Positions 49,082 through 58,667 of a stretch of 64,000 bases of DNA are shown here, in pieces. The notes beneath the pieces are model-generated. The model did not search any database, had not been told where the DNA came from, and saw only the letters and a list, made by a program, of their open reading frames with translations. The translations under genes and the position numbers were made by a program. The stretch is from the NCBI GenBank assembly GCA_965140585.1, contig OZ223268.1:64001-128000 (forward strand), written 5' to 3'. The stretch is from Spirochaetia bacterium (GTDB lineage: Bacteria > Spirochaetota > Spirochaetia > UBA9216). Position 1 is the first letter of the stretch. Every line of letters starts with the position of its first letter.

Positions 49082-50197
49082 ATGGCTGATAATAATATAC
49101 TTGAACAGTTCAATAAAATGCAGCAAACCGGTGCACTCAGCGATCTGGCGGCATTACGGCGTGAAAACCGTGAGCTTGAAAAGATAATTACCGATGCGGC
49201 GCTTTTGATTACCAATTCCAATGTAGACGGAATGCTGCAGTTCATGATCAGCAGAATACTCGATCACTTCATCCCCCAGTTTCTGGCCTTTATTATTGAG
49301 CCGCCGAGAGGCAAAAACCTTCGCGAGTATACCTACCGGAACCTCAAAGAAGTCGATGACAAAATCCCTGCGCGGTACTACGACCTTCTCAAAGAACATT
49401 TCATGCATACCCCGGCTGCAGCCAGTTTCAAAGATCTTGAAAAAGCCCTCGGTGAAGAGAACTTCGGAGATGATTTCCGCCGATACGGGCCTGAACTGAT
49501 ATACCCCATGCATGGTATCGGAGGTCTTTACGGCCTTGTTATACTGGGTAAAAAGTTTACAGCCGATGAATACGGAGAACTTGAAAAGCTGTACATGGAC
49601 CGGATGATCCGCTTTCTTTCTGTAAGTATCCAGAACGGTCTTCATCATGAGAGCTCCATCACCGACCCCAAGACCAGTCTGTTTAACTATGATTACTTTA
49701 TAAGCAGGGTTGAAGAGGAAATTGCCCACGCAGGCAGGCACGGAGTTAGATCCGGAATGCTGATACTCGATGTCGACAAGTTCAAGAACTTTAACGATAC
49801 TCACGGGCACGTAGCCGGTGATGAAGCCCTTGTCACACTTGCAAATGTGCTGAGAAAAAGTACAAGGGCCGAAGACTGCGTATCACGCTTCGGTGGTGAA
49901 GAGTTCTCTATACTTATTGCTAACTGCAATTCTGCCCTGCTCAAAGAAATTGCCGAAAGAATCCGTAAATCTGTTGAGGAAACTCCAATCCACTTTGAAT
50001 CAAAGAAACTAAATATTACTGTCAGCATAGGCGCCAGAATGATAGAGTTCACTCCGGGCCGAAATGCAGTAAATTTGCTTGAGGATGCGGACAAAGCCCT
50101 GTATAATGCAAAGGAAGGCGGAAGAAACCGTGTAGTCCTTTACGCCTCCGGCTTTCTTGGAAGGGCCGAGGTTACCAGAAAGGGAATGCAAAAATAG
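49082..50197 (+). CDS. cytoplasmic diguanylate cyclase (GAF-like + GGDEF)
   Basis: TDPKTSLFN, DVDKFKNFND, RAED I-site, GGEEF. Confidence 0.92.
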   Translation: MADNNILEQFNKMQQTGALSDLAALRRENRELEKIITDAALLITNSNVDGMLQFMISRILDHFIPQFLAFIIEPPRGKNLREYTYRNLKEVDDKIPARYYDLLKEHFMHTPAAASFKDLEKALGEENFGDDFRRYGPELIYPMHGIGGLYGLVILGKKFTADEYGELEKLYMDRMIRFLSVSIQNGLHHESSITDPKTSLFNYDYFISRVEEEIAHAGRHGVRSGMLILDVDKFKNFNDTHGHVAGDEALVTLANVLRKSTRAEDCVSRFGGEEFSILIANCNSALLKEIAERIRKSVEETPIHFESKKLNITVSIGARMIEFTPGRNAVNLLEDADKALYNAKEGGRNRVVLYASGFLGRAEVTRKGMQK

Positions 50198-50312
50198 TAG
50201 TACTAATTTACTATATGTTTTACTGAATTCATTAGAAAAATTAATGAAAATAGAGTACTTCTGATGTAGAATATTCCTGATGAGACTTGCATTGGTTTCA
50301 CAGGAGGATACT

Positions 50313-50525
50313 ATGCCGGGTAAACCTAAACTTAAGATTGGGAGTTACCTTGTTTCGAGAGGCCTGATTTCAGTCGAACAGGCAAAAAAGATAAAACTGA
50401 TTCAGGAAAAACTTGGACCGGACAAATCTGAAAGATTCGGCAGAATTGCCGTAGAAGTTGGCTTTATTAAGGAAAGCGAACTGAAACAGGCCATGCGTGA
50501 AAAACATGAGCTTGAAAACAAGTGA
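50313..50525 (+). CDS. stand-alone MshEN-like small protein (70 aa)
   Basis: aggagg RBS; KIGSYLVSRGLIS..Q......Q and RFGRIAVEVGFI....L motifs. Confidence 0.75.
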   Translation: MPGKPKLKIGSYLVSRGLISVEQAKKIKLIQEKLGPDKSERFGRIAVEVGFIKESELKQAMREKHELENK

Positions 50526-50540
50526 GAAAAACAGCCGGAA

Positions 50541-51062
50541 TTGAACAAACGAATATTACTTATCATAGACATGCAGCAGGCTCTGGCTGATGAACAGCCC
50601 CATGACTTTAACATAGTCCTGAATAACATTCAGCAGCTTCTTATCAATCAGCGTATTAATCGCCAGCCCGTTATTCACGTTCAGCACTGCGCCGGACGCG
50701 GAACCGAACTTGAACCTGACACTCCGGGCTGGCAGATAGTCGAAGAGCTGAAACCTGCAGAAGGTGAACTTGTGATAAAAAAGCGGTTCAACTGCTCATT
50801 CAAATACACCAATCTTGAAGAAGAAATAAGAAAACACGGCGATTTTTCAGAACTGGTGATAACCGGAATGCAGACCGAATACTGTGTTGACACAACAATT
50901 CGCTCCGCATATGAAAAAAGCTTCAAAGTGATTGTCCCCGAAAAGACTCACACAACATTCGACAATGAATACCTCACTGCCGAGCAGATCTATAATCACC
51001 ATAACAGAATCTTCAAAAACCGCTTTGCAGAGATAATCCCCGTTGAAGATCTTCTGCAGTAA
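50541..51062 (+). CDS. cysteine hydrolase (isochorismatase family)
   Basis: LLIIDMQ, K in IKKRFN, GMQTEYCVDTT. Confidence 0.92.
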   Translation: MNKRILLIIDMQQALADEQPHDFNIVLNNIQQLLINQRINRQPVIHVQHCAGRGTELEPDTPGWQIVEELKPAEGELVIKKRFNCSFKYTNLEEEIRKHGDFSELVITGMQTEYCVDTTIRSAYEKSFKVIVPEKTHTTFDNEYLTAEQIYNHHNRIFKNRFAEIIPVEDLLQ

Positions 51063-51154
51063 AAAAACCTTAATCAAACAGTTACAATCCTTAAAACCAA
51101 AGCCTTAGCTCCCTCCTTGAAAATTTCGCGGTATTGCTGTAGCTTCAAGATACC

Positions 51155-52747
51155 TTGAAAATAATATTTACCGTAATACATATAGAAAACACCCCTCCGG
51201 CCTTCCCCCTTGCAGCTGCCGTTCTTAAAACCGCAGTTGAACAGAACCCGCAGCTTGCCGGCTGGAGCACAGGAATTCGCGACTTCTACCTTCCTGCAGA
51301 ACCCGATGTAATTGCTTCAAAGCTGACCGGAACAGGAGCCGAGGTTATAGCATTTTCCTGCTATACATGGAATGCTGAAGCAGTTCTGCAGACAGCGGCT
51401 CTCATCCGGAAGAACAACCCCGGAACCATTATGATAGCCGGAGGCTCCCAGGTAACAGCTGCGCCCGATGATTTTGCAGGCTCATCACTTTTTAATTTTA
51501 TAGTTACCGGTGAAGGTGAAAAAGCAGTTCAGCAGATTCTGTCAAATCTGCCTGCTGAAAAAGCAGAGATTGAAAAACTTGCGGTAGAATCTGTAAATAT
51601 TCTTATTCACAGCGATACTGCTGATTTTTCATCATCAGTATCCCCCTACCCGTCTTTACTCTCGGCAAAATCGAGGTACAAGGGAGTCTTATGGGAAATT
51701 ACAAGAGGATGTCCTTATAACTGCAGCTTCTGCTATGAAGCCGGAGGCGAGAAAGGAATCAGGCAGATCAGCCCCACCCGCATCAAAGAGGAGTTAGAAT
51801 TTTTCCGCTCCCTTAAAGTAAAAAAGATATGGGTCCTTGACCCAACCTTCAACTTCAAAAGTTCCGAGGCTGCTGAAATCCTTAGATTGATTATTGAGAC
51901 CTACCCTGATGCCGAATATACATTTGAAATAAGAGTCGAACTGATGACCCTGGAACTCTGCGAGCTTTTTTCAGAGCTTGATTGCAGCCTTCAGATTGGT
52001 CTTCAAAGTACCGATGCTGAGGTTTTAAAGCTGGCGAACAGAAAGCTTGATGTTGAAAAGTTTATCAGCAACTGCCTGATGATGAGTGACTACGGTCTGC
52101 GGTTTGGAATAGATTTGATATATGGGCTGCCGGGTGACAGCATTGACAGGTTTATAGAATCAGTCGATTTTGCGGTATCTGCAATGCCGAACAACATAGA
52201 TATTTTTCCCCTTTCCATTCTCCCCGGAACAAAATTAAGTACACAAACACAGGATTTCGGCATACAGCACACCGGCTTCCCCGATTACAGAATAACCGGC
52301 TCTGAGACATTTTCAGCAGAGGACCTTTCAAAAGCCGATGAACTGACTGCCGTACTGGATCGAATTTATAACATCGAGCGTTCATTTATCTGGCTAGGAG
52401 CCGTCTGCAGAGAGCTGGATCTGAAACCGTCTGCTCTTCTGATGCGTATGGCCGGTACAGAAAACTTTCGCAGCATTACTACCGCAGAGTTTCTGAGAAA
52501 CACATTCCTGAGCACCGGAAAAAAGCAAATCTGGCAGATAATCAGAAGTTTTATAATCTGGAGTGAAGCCGCAGAGAAAGCCTTTTCCTGTCCCGGTGAA
52601 CAGATAAAAATCACGCTTTCCTACCCTCCTGAGATACTCGATGAACTGATTGCCAGCCCTGCATCAGATATCATCAAGGCTAACGGACAAAGCTGTGAGA
52701 AAAGTTACACCCTGTTTTTTGACGGTGAAGAACTCTATATAAATTAG
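51155..52747 (+). CDS. B12-binding-domain radical SAM protein
   Basis: FSCYTWN, GGSQV, GEGE, RGCPYNCSFC, DLIYGLPGD. Confidence 0.9.
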   Translation: MKIIFTVIHIENTPPAFPLAAAVLKTAVEQNPQLAGWSTGIRDFYLPAEPDVIASKLTGTGAEVIAFSCYTWNAEAVLQTAALIRKNNPGTIMIAGGSQVTAAPDDFAGSSLFNFIVTGEGEKAVQQILSNLPAEKAEIEKLAVESVNILIHSDTADFSSSVSPYPSLLSAKSRYKGVLWEITRGCPYNCSFCYEAGGEKGIRQISPTRIKEELEFFRSLKVKKIWVLDPTFNFKSSEAAEILRLIIETYPDAEYTFEIRVELMTLELCELFSELDCSLQIGLQSTDAEVLKLANRKLDVEKFISNCLMMSDYGLRFGIDLIYGLPGDSIDRFIESVDFAVSAMPNNIDIFPLSILPGTKLSTQTQDFGIQHTGFPDYRITGSETFSAEDLSKADELTAVLDRIYNIERSFIWLGAVCRELDLKPSALLMRMAGTENFRSITTAEFLRNTFLSTGKKQIWQIIRSFIIWSEAAEKAFSCPGEQIKITLSYPPEILDELIASPASDIIKANGQSCEKSYTLFFDGEELYIN

Positions 52748-52794
52748 TAATCTTACCGCTTGTACCCCTGCCGGGCCGGTGATATACTTAACAT

Positions 52795-54255
52795 ATGTAC
52801 AGTTATTCTATAAAACCTGATGTACCGCAGAAACTTACAGAACTTGCCGAATCAGCCAGATACGATGTCTGTCTTGCAACATGCTCGACTGGAAAAAGCG
52901 GACAGAGAGGCAGGACAAGAGATCCGCAGAATCCGCTCACCGACTGGATCTACCCTGCATCCGTTCCCGGACAGGGGACTGTATTCATCCTCAAAGTACT
53001 GCAGTCCAACCAGTGCAGAAATAAGTGTACATACTGCAAATTCGCAACCAGCAACGGCAGCCTTCGCCGTGTAACAATGTCGCCGGAAGAGCTATCAGCA
53101 TCTTTTATACAGATGTACCGTGCGAGGCTTGTGGACGGTTTGTTTGTTTCATCAGGGGTTTCATGCAGTCCGGACTCATCGATGCAGAATATGGTCAAAA
53201 CCGCAGAAATTCTCCGATTTAAGTACAAATTCAGGGGCTATCTGCATTTAAAAGTAATTCCCGGCTGCTCAGAGAACCTGATAGAAGCAGCAGCCCGTTA
53301 TGCCGACAGACTTTCCATCAACCTTGAAGCCCCTGAAGCCGGCTACCTCCGTCAGATAGCACCCGACAAGGACTTATACAAAGACATATTGCCTGCGGCA
53401 GAATCAGTTGCCGGGCTGCTGCGGAAAAAAGCGGAAGACGGCGGACAATCCTATATCAGAGCTAAAAGCCAAACCACCCAGTTTGTCGTAGGCGCAGCAG
53501 ATGAAAAAGATCTGGACATCATGAATACAGTTGATTACCTTTACCGTGATTTTCACATGTTCAGGGCATACTTCTCAGCCTACCAGGAAAGAGGCGGCCA
53601 TGAGACACCGGCAGCATCCGGAAGGCTGCAGGCAGGCATCGGCAGCATCATGAAAACAGAAGGGGAAGAATTCAGGGGTTCTCCTCTTTTAAGGGAACAC
53701 CGCCTTTATCAGTGCGATTTTCTGTTACGGGCTTACGGGTTCCGCCTCCCCGACCTTGTTTTTGATGAACGGGGAAATATACCTCTTGAGACTGATCCCA
53801 AAACAGCATATGCGGTAATGAATCAAAGCCTCTTCCCTGTTGATATAAACAAAGCATCAATGGAGGAATTGCTCAGGGTGCCTGGTATCGGCCCTCAATC
53901 TGCGGAACGCATAGTCAGCACACGTTCAAATGACAAATTCAGGAGCCTCGATGAGCTCAAGGCAACAGGGGCCTGGACACGGAGGGCCGCTTCATGGATT
54001 GAGATAGACGGAAGAAGACCGGATATCCCCGACAGAAAAAATACCGATCATGAATTCGATGCTGATCAGGGATGGCTTTTTGAGGAGCTTGCGCCTGATA
54101 ACTGGAAGACTTCAATGGAAAGAAAGGATCTTGATTATAAATCCCGGAAAGACCCTGCAAAGGCAGAGGAAAGCATCTATGAATACCCGGGCCAGAAAGG
54201 GAAATGGGTTAATTACCAGATGAAAAAGAAGGATCCGAGAATAATGTGCAGGTAA
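52795..54255 (+). CDS. putative DNA modification/repair radical SAM protein with helix-hairpin-helix
   Basis: ARYDV, CRNKCTYC, GYLHLKVIPG, SQTTQFVVG, REHRLYQ.DFLLR.YGF, DINKAS.EELLRVPGIG HhH. Confidence 0.88.
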   Translation: MYSYSIKPDVPQKLTELAESARYDVCLATCSTGKSGQRGRTRDPQNPLTDWIYPASVPGQGTVFILKVLQSNQCRNKCTYCKFATSNGSLRRVTMSPEELSASFIQMYRARLVDGLFVSSGVSCSPDSSMQNMVKTAEILRFKYKFRGYLHLKVIPGCSENLIEAAARYADRLSINLEAPEAGYLRQIAPDKDLYKDILPAAESVAGLLRKKAEDGGQSYIRAKSQTTQFVVGAADEKDLDIMNTVDYLYRDFHMFRAYFSAYQERGGHETPAASGRLQAGIGSIMKTEGEEFRGSPLLREHRLYQCDFLLRAYGFRLPDLVFDERGNIPLETDPKTAYAVMNQSLFPVDINKASMEELLRVPGIGPQSAERIVSTRSNDKFRSLDELKATGAWTRRAASWIEIDGRRPDIPDRKNTDHEFDADQGWLFEELAPDNWKTSMERKDLDYKSRKDPAKAEESIYEYPGQKGKWVNYQMKKKDPRIMCR

Positions 54256-54256
54256 A

Positions 54257-54988
54257 TCAGACGTTTTCCCGGTACTGCCTCAGCCTGCCGATAATATCAT
54301 TGATATGCTTAATCATCGCATCTTCAGGCTCGGTTTTTGAGGTTCCCCTGATGCTGTTTATTATGGCCATATGCTCCTCTATAGCATAATCATAGCTCTC
54401 GAATATCACATATGTGGCCTTGATTTCCTCAAACATAAAATCGCGAAGAACGTTGTAAATCGACACAAACAGATCATTACCGCTGCTCTTGATGATTACA
54501 TGATGAAAGTTATAATCACATTCAATAAGCTCTTCTATGGACTTGTTGCCGATGGCAATCTTCATCTGCTCAAGAACCTCTTCAAGCTCATCGGCTACAG
54601 CCCTGCGCTTTCCCGGATTCTCATGTTCAGTGTTTTTCAGGTTCTTAAGTGTCCATACTTCCAGAGCGCCGCGCATTTCTACCATGTTGAACAGTTCATT
54701 CTTTCCAAGCAGGATTGCCCAGGTAAGGGCTTCAGATGATATGTTGGCGCTGTCGGCAACAAAAGTTCCCTTGGCAGCCTTTGATTCAAGAATTCCAAGA
54801 TAGTTGAAAACTCTGACAGCCTCCCTTATGGAAGATCTTCCTATGCCGAAGCGTTCAGCAAGCTCATGTTCGGTAGGTATACGATCGCCTGAACTGTATT
54901 TACCCGATGCAATCAGGTCGCGGATCTGTTCCATGACCTGTGCTACGACTGTCTTCTGTTTAATTACTACTCTGGATTCATCACTCAT
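54257..54988 (-). CDS. FadR/GntR-family regulator
   Basis: PTEHELAERFGIGRSSIREA, KGTFV, FCD domain (DYNFH, EH). Confidence 0.93.
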   Translation of the reverse strand: MSDESRVVIKQKTVVAQVMEQIRDLIASGKYSSGDRIPTEHELAERFGIGRSSIREAVRVFNYLGILESKAAKGTFVADSANISSEALTWAILLGKNELFNMVEMRGALEVWTLKNLKNTEHENPGKRRAVADELEEVLEQMKIAIGNKSIEELIECDYNFHHVIIKSSGNDLFVSIYNVLRDFMFEEIKATYVIFESYDYAIEEHMAIINSIRGTSKTEPEDAMIKHINDIIGRLRQYRENV

Positions 54989-55051
54989 AACGAATCATTA
55001 TCGAGTATATTGATAATTTTTACAACAACTTCATCAGACAATTAGACATTG

Positions 55052-55086
55052 GAGCAGGTCTAAAAAGTAAATTTTTAGACCTGCTC
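55052..55086 (-). terminator. stem-loop after paaK
   Basis: gagcaggtctaaaaa-gtaaa-tttttagacctgctc, perfect 15-bp arms. Confidence 0.6.
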
Positions 55087-55089
55087 TTA

Positions 55090-56403
55090 TTAAAACTGCT
55101 GTTCCCGTTCATCAAGAACCCGTTTTGCCTTGCCCTCTGAAACAGGAAGGACTCCATGTTCATGAAGTTCAACTACAGGACTGATAGAAATAGAAGCCTT
55201 AAGATTCTCACCTATCTTCTTCTTTAATGCATACAGGTCCCTGGTATCGTCGGTAAGGATCTCAGGTGTGATTTCAGTTTTAACAATCAGCTTATCAAGA
55301 GGCCCGTTTTTCTGAACGACAATAAGGTAGTTGGTTCCAACCTCGGGCATCCGCATAATCACCTCTTCAATCTGTGAGGGGAACACATTCACGCCGTTGA
55401 TTATAAGCATGTCGTCAGTTCTGCCCTTCATACGGGCAATTCGGCGATGAGTACGTCCGCACTGGCAGGTCCCGGGAATAATACGTGAAAGATCCCTGGT
55501 CCGGTAGCGCAGCAGCGGCATTGCCTCACGGTTAAGAATTGTAAGAACAAGTTCGCCTTCTTCACCGTCGGGAACCGGCTGCAGGGTATCCGGGTCGATT
55601 ATTTCAACAATGTATGCGTCTTCCCAGACATGCATGCAGTCGCGGTATACACATTCAAAGGCGAGGCCGGGACCGTTCATCTCTGAAAGCCCATATGAAT
55701 TGTATGCCTCGATATTCCAGAGTTTCTCGATCTTTTTTCGGATATCCTCGGAATGCGGTTCGGCACCGATATATGCCTTCTTCAGCTTCAGGTCCCCGGG
55801 CTTGTATCCGAACTCGGACATCCTTGAATGAAGATAAAGCATATAGCTTGGTGTAGCATGAACAACCGAAGTGCTGAAGTCTTTCATCATCTTGAACTGC
55901 TTGGCGGTATTACCTGAACTTGCTGGAATAACCATCATGCCAAGGTTCTCTGCACCGTAATGCAGGCCCAGACCTCCTGTAAAAAGCCCGTAGGTCATCA
56001 TATTCTGAAAAACATCATTAGGCTGTGCTCCGGTCGCCACTATTGATCGGGTAGTAATCTCGGTCGATCTTTTAAGATCAGCAGCTGAGAGATAAATTAC
56101 AGTGGGGGTGCCTGTTGTACCGCTTGATGCATGCATCCGCACAACATCATCACGGTCAACGGCAAGCATTCCATAAGGGTATGAATCACGAAGATCATTC
56201 TTCGTTGTAAAGGGAATCTTTGAAAGATCGGCAAGTGTTCTGATATCATCGCCGGAACTCAGTCCGTGCTCCTTCAGTCTTTTTCCATAAAAATCAGTCT
56301 TAAACGCCTGATCTACTGTCTTTTTCAGACCTTCAAGCTGAATCTTCTCAATGCCTTCCCTGTCAAGAGTTTCTATCTCTTTATCGTAGTATCTAATCTC
56401 CAT
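55090..56403 (-). CDS. paaK: phenylacetate-CoA ligase
   Basis: HASSGTTG, YGLFTGGLGLHYG, YGLSE, RYRTRD, GRTDDMLIINGVNVFPSQIE. Confidence 0.92.
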   Translation of the reverse strand: MEIRYYDKEIETLDREGIEKIQLEGLKKTVDQAFKTDFYGKRLKEHGLSSGDDIRTLADLSKIPFTTKNDLRDSYPYGMLAVDRDDVVRMHASSGTTGTPTVIYLSAADLKRSTEITTRSIVATGAQPNDVFQNMMTYGLFTGGLGLHYGAENLGMMVIPASSGNTAKQFKMMKDFSTSVVHATPSYMLYLHSRMSEFGYKPGDLKLKKAYIGAEPHSEDIRKKIEKLWNIEAYNSYGLSEMNGPGLAFECVYRDCMHVWEDAYIVEIIDPDTLQPVPDGEEGELVLTILNREAMPLLRYRTRDLSRIIPGTCQCGRTHRRIARMKGRTDDMLIINGVNVFPSQIEEVIMRMPEVGTNYLIVVQKNGPLDKLIVKTEITPEILTDDTRDLYALKKKIGENLKASISISPVVELHEHGVLPVSEGKAKRVLDEREQQF

Positions 56404-56430
56404 AGTGCTGCCCTTATGATATGTACTTTT

Positions 56431-56994
56431 TCAGCCTCTTCCTGCTCGGAAAGCTGCAATGTTCTGATTTATGATATCCTCACCCTTTGATGAGAAAAGA
56501 TTTTTTATAGCCGATTCAATATTTTCCTGATTAATAGGAAGATATTTGGAAGCGGCACCGATCATTGCCATATTGGTCGATTTCATGTTTCCGGCTTCCT
56601 GGGCAATTGCCTTAGCCTGAACAATCTCAGCCTGACCGGTTTTCTCAACATTCTTGAGAATTTCCGCCTCTTCAGGATAATCGGGGATATTTATTACTGG
56701 TGATGATGCAGTAATAAGCTTTCCGTCTGCCTTAAGGTATTCAAGGTAGCGAAGGCTTTCCAGCGGCTCCATACTCAGAATCATATCCGCAGAACCGAAA
56801 CCAATTAAATCACCGGGGATCTCGCAGTCGGAGATTCTGAGGTGAGACATTACTGCGCCTCCCCTCTGAGCCATTCCGTGAACCTCGGACTGACGGACCT
56901 TAAGCCCCTGAAGCATGGCTCCTGTTGCAATTCCAGCCGCTACCGACAGAACTCCCTGTCCGCCTACTCCGGCTAGTATGATGTCGTATTTCAT
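56431..56994 (-). CDS. iorB: indolepyruvate:ferredoxin oxidoreductase subunit beta
   Basis: GVGGQG, SEVHGMAQRGG. Confidence 0.93.
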   Translation of the reverse strand: MKYDIILAGVGGQGVLSVAAGIATGAMLQGLKVRQSEVHGMAQRGGAVMSHLRISDCEIPGDLIGFGSADMILSMEPLESLRYLEYLKADGKLITASSPVINIPDYPEEAEILKNVEKTGQAEIVQAKAIAQEAGNMKSTNMAMIGAASKYLPINQENIESAIKNLFSSKGEDIINQNIAAFRAGRG

Positions 56995-58595
56995 TTTGCG
57001 CCTCCGGATTTTCTGTTCTTTCTTGCTGTTTCAAGGCATTCTCTCAGTGCAATAATTACTGAAAGGCCTTTGTATTCCATCTCAGCCTTGATGACTGCTG
57101 TATTTTCCTCGTGGTGCTTTTTAAGCGGAGTGATGGTTTTAATGTGCTGCGGATCAACTCCGATGCCTTCAAGAACCGATTTAATCCTTGATGAAGGAAT
57201 AATAGTTTCCTGCCCGCCGGTCATAGCAACTGTTTCATTGTCCAGAATTATAAGAGTCATGGGAGTTTTGCATGCTACCGCGTCAACCAGCGGGGAAAGT
57301 CCGGAATGCATGAAGGTACTGTCTCCGATTACAGCAACTACCGGCTCAAACCCGGCTTCAGCTGCACCCTTTGCGGTACCCACAGATGCGCCCATACAGA
57401 TAATGGTTTCAATTGCATTATACGGAGGCAGAGCCCCAAGCGAGTAACAACCGATATCAGAAGTAACAATAGAGTTGTCAAACGATTTTCTGGCTTCGTT
57501 AAGTGCAGCATAAGTATCCGCATGCGGACAACCCTTGCACAGCTGGGGAGGCCGGCCGGGAAGCGCCATTTCGGCAGAAGGTCCCTTTCTTGAGTCAAGT
57601 CCGAGTGCAGGTCTGATATTATCAGGATTCAGCTCTCCGGCTGCAGGTACAGGGCCGTCAATCTTTCCGGATATTTCTACACTCTGTTTTAAAAATCCCC
57701 GGAGGTAACGTTCAACAAATGAACACCCCTCTTCAAGAATTACAATCTTATCAACTGAATCTGCAAGCTTCCGTACCAGGTCCCGGGGAACAGGATAGGC
57801 GCTTATGTGCAGATGCGAAGGCTTCTGACCAAGTTCTTCGGCGGCTTCATCGTAGTAGTTTCGGCCGAGTCCTGTTGTAATTACACCGAAATCTTTGAAG
57901 CTGCTGTTAATTGTAAGAGAGTTAAATGATGATGCGGATGTGTAGTCTGTAAAATCCTTCTGCTGATCAAGCAGTGTAGCCCAGTTCTTTCTGGCCATTG
58001 CCGGAAGCAGCATCCAGCCTCTTACATTGTCTGTTTTTTCCAGGCTGTTCTGAGCCCTCTTTTCACCGGGAACAACTACTGCACGGGAATGAGCCAGCCT
58101 GGTTACAATTCTTATCATGACAGGAATATGAAACTTCTCTGAAAGGTCAAAGGCCTCCCTGGTCATCTCATAAGTTTCCTGCTGGTTTCTGGGTTCAAGG
58201 CAGATAATACGTGCAAAATCGGCAAAATACCGAGAATCCTGTTCACCCTGTGATGAATGCATCCCCGGGTCATCAGCAACAGCAATAACCAATCCGCCCT
58301 TGATGTCCAGAAGAGCCGAGTTCATAAAGGGGTCAGCCGCAACATTAAGTCCTACATGTTTCATTGTTACAAGCGAACGTTTTCCTACAAAGGAGGCTCC
58401 GAGTGTCTCTTCATATGCTGTCTTTTCGTTTGAACTCCAGGAGGCAAATATATTACCTGTCTTATTTGAATAATTTAAAAGGTATTCCATTATCTCGCTT
58501 GATGGAGTTCCAGGATAACCATATGCCGATGATATACCGGCATCTATTGCGCCCAATGCAAGCGCTTCATCGCCTAAAAGGACCATTTCGCCCAT
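56991..58595 (-). CDS. iorA: indolepyruvate:ferredoxin oxidoreductase subunit alpha
   Basis: YGYPGTPSSE, MKHVGLNVAAD, LCKGCPH, DIGCY, IGDSTF TPP motif. Confidence 0.93.
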   Translation of the reverse strand: MGEMVLLGDEALALGAIDAGISSAYGYPGTPSSEIMEYLLNYSNKTGNIFASWSSNEKTAYEETLGASFVGKRSLVTMKHVGLNVAADPFMNSALLDIKGGLVIAVADDPGMHSSQGEQDSRYFADFARIICLEPRNQQETYEMTREAFDLSEKFHIPVMIRIVTRLAHSRAVVVPGEKRAQNSLEKTDNVRGWMLLPAMARKNWATLLDQQKDFTDYTSASSFNSLTINSSFKDFGVITTGLGRNYYDEAAEELGQKPSHLHISAYPVPRDLVRKLADSVDKIVILEEGCSFVERYLRGFLKQSVEISGKIDGPVPAAGELNPDNIRPALGLDSRKGPSAEMALPGRPPQLCKGCPHADTYAALNEARKSFDNSIVTSDIGCYSLGALPPYNAIETIICMGASVGTAKGAAEAGFEPVVAVIGDSTFMHSGLSPLVDAVACKTPMTLIILDNETVAMTGGQETIIPSSRIKSVLEGIGVDPQHIKTITPLKKHHEENTAVIKAEMEYKGLSVIIALRECLETARKNRKSGGAK

Positions 58596-58667
58596 GACAC
58601 TACTCCTTGATGAAAAATTAAAACCGGCACCGTATAACACGATACCGCGTATGGGTCTGTTAAAAGT

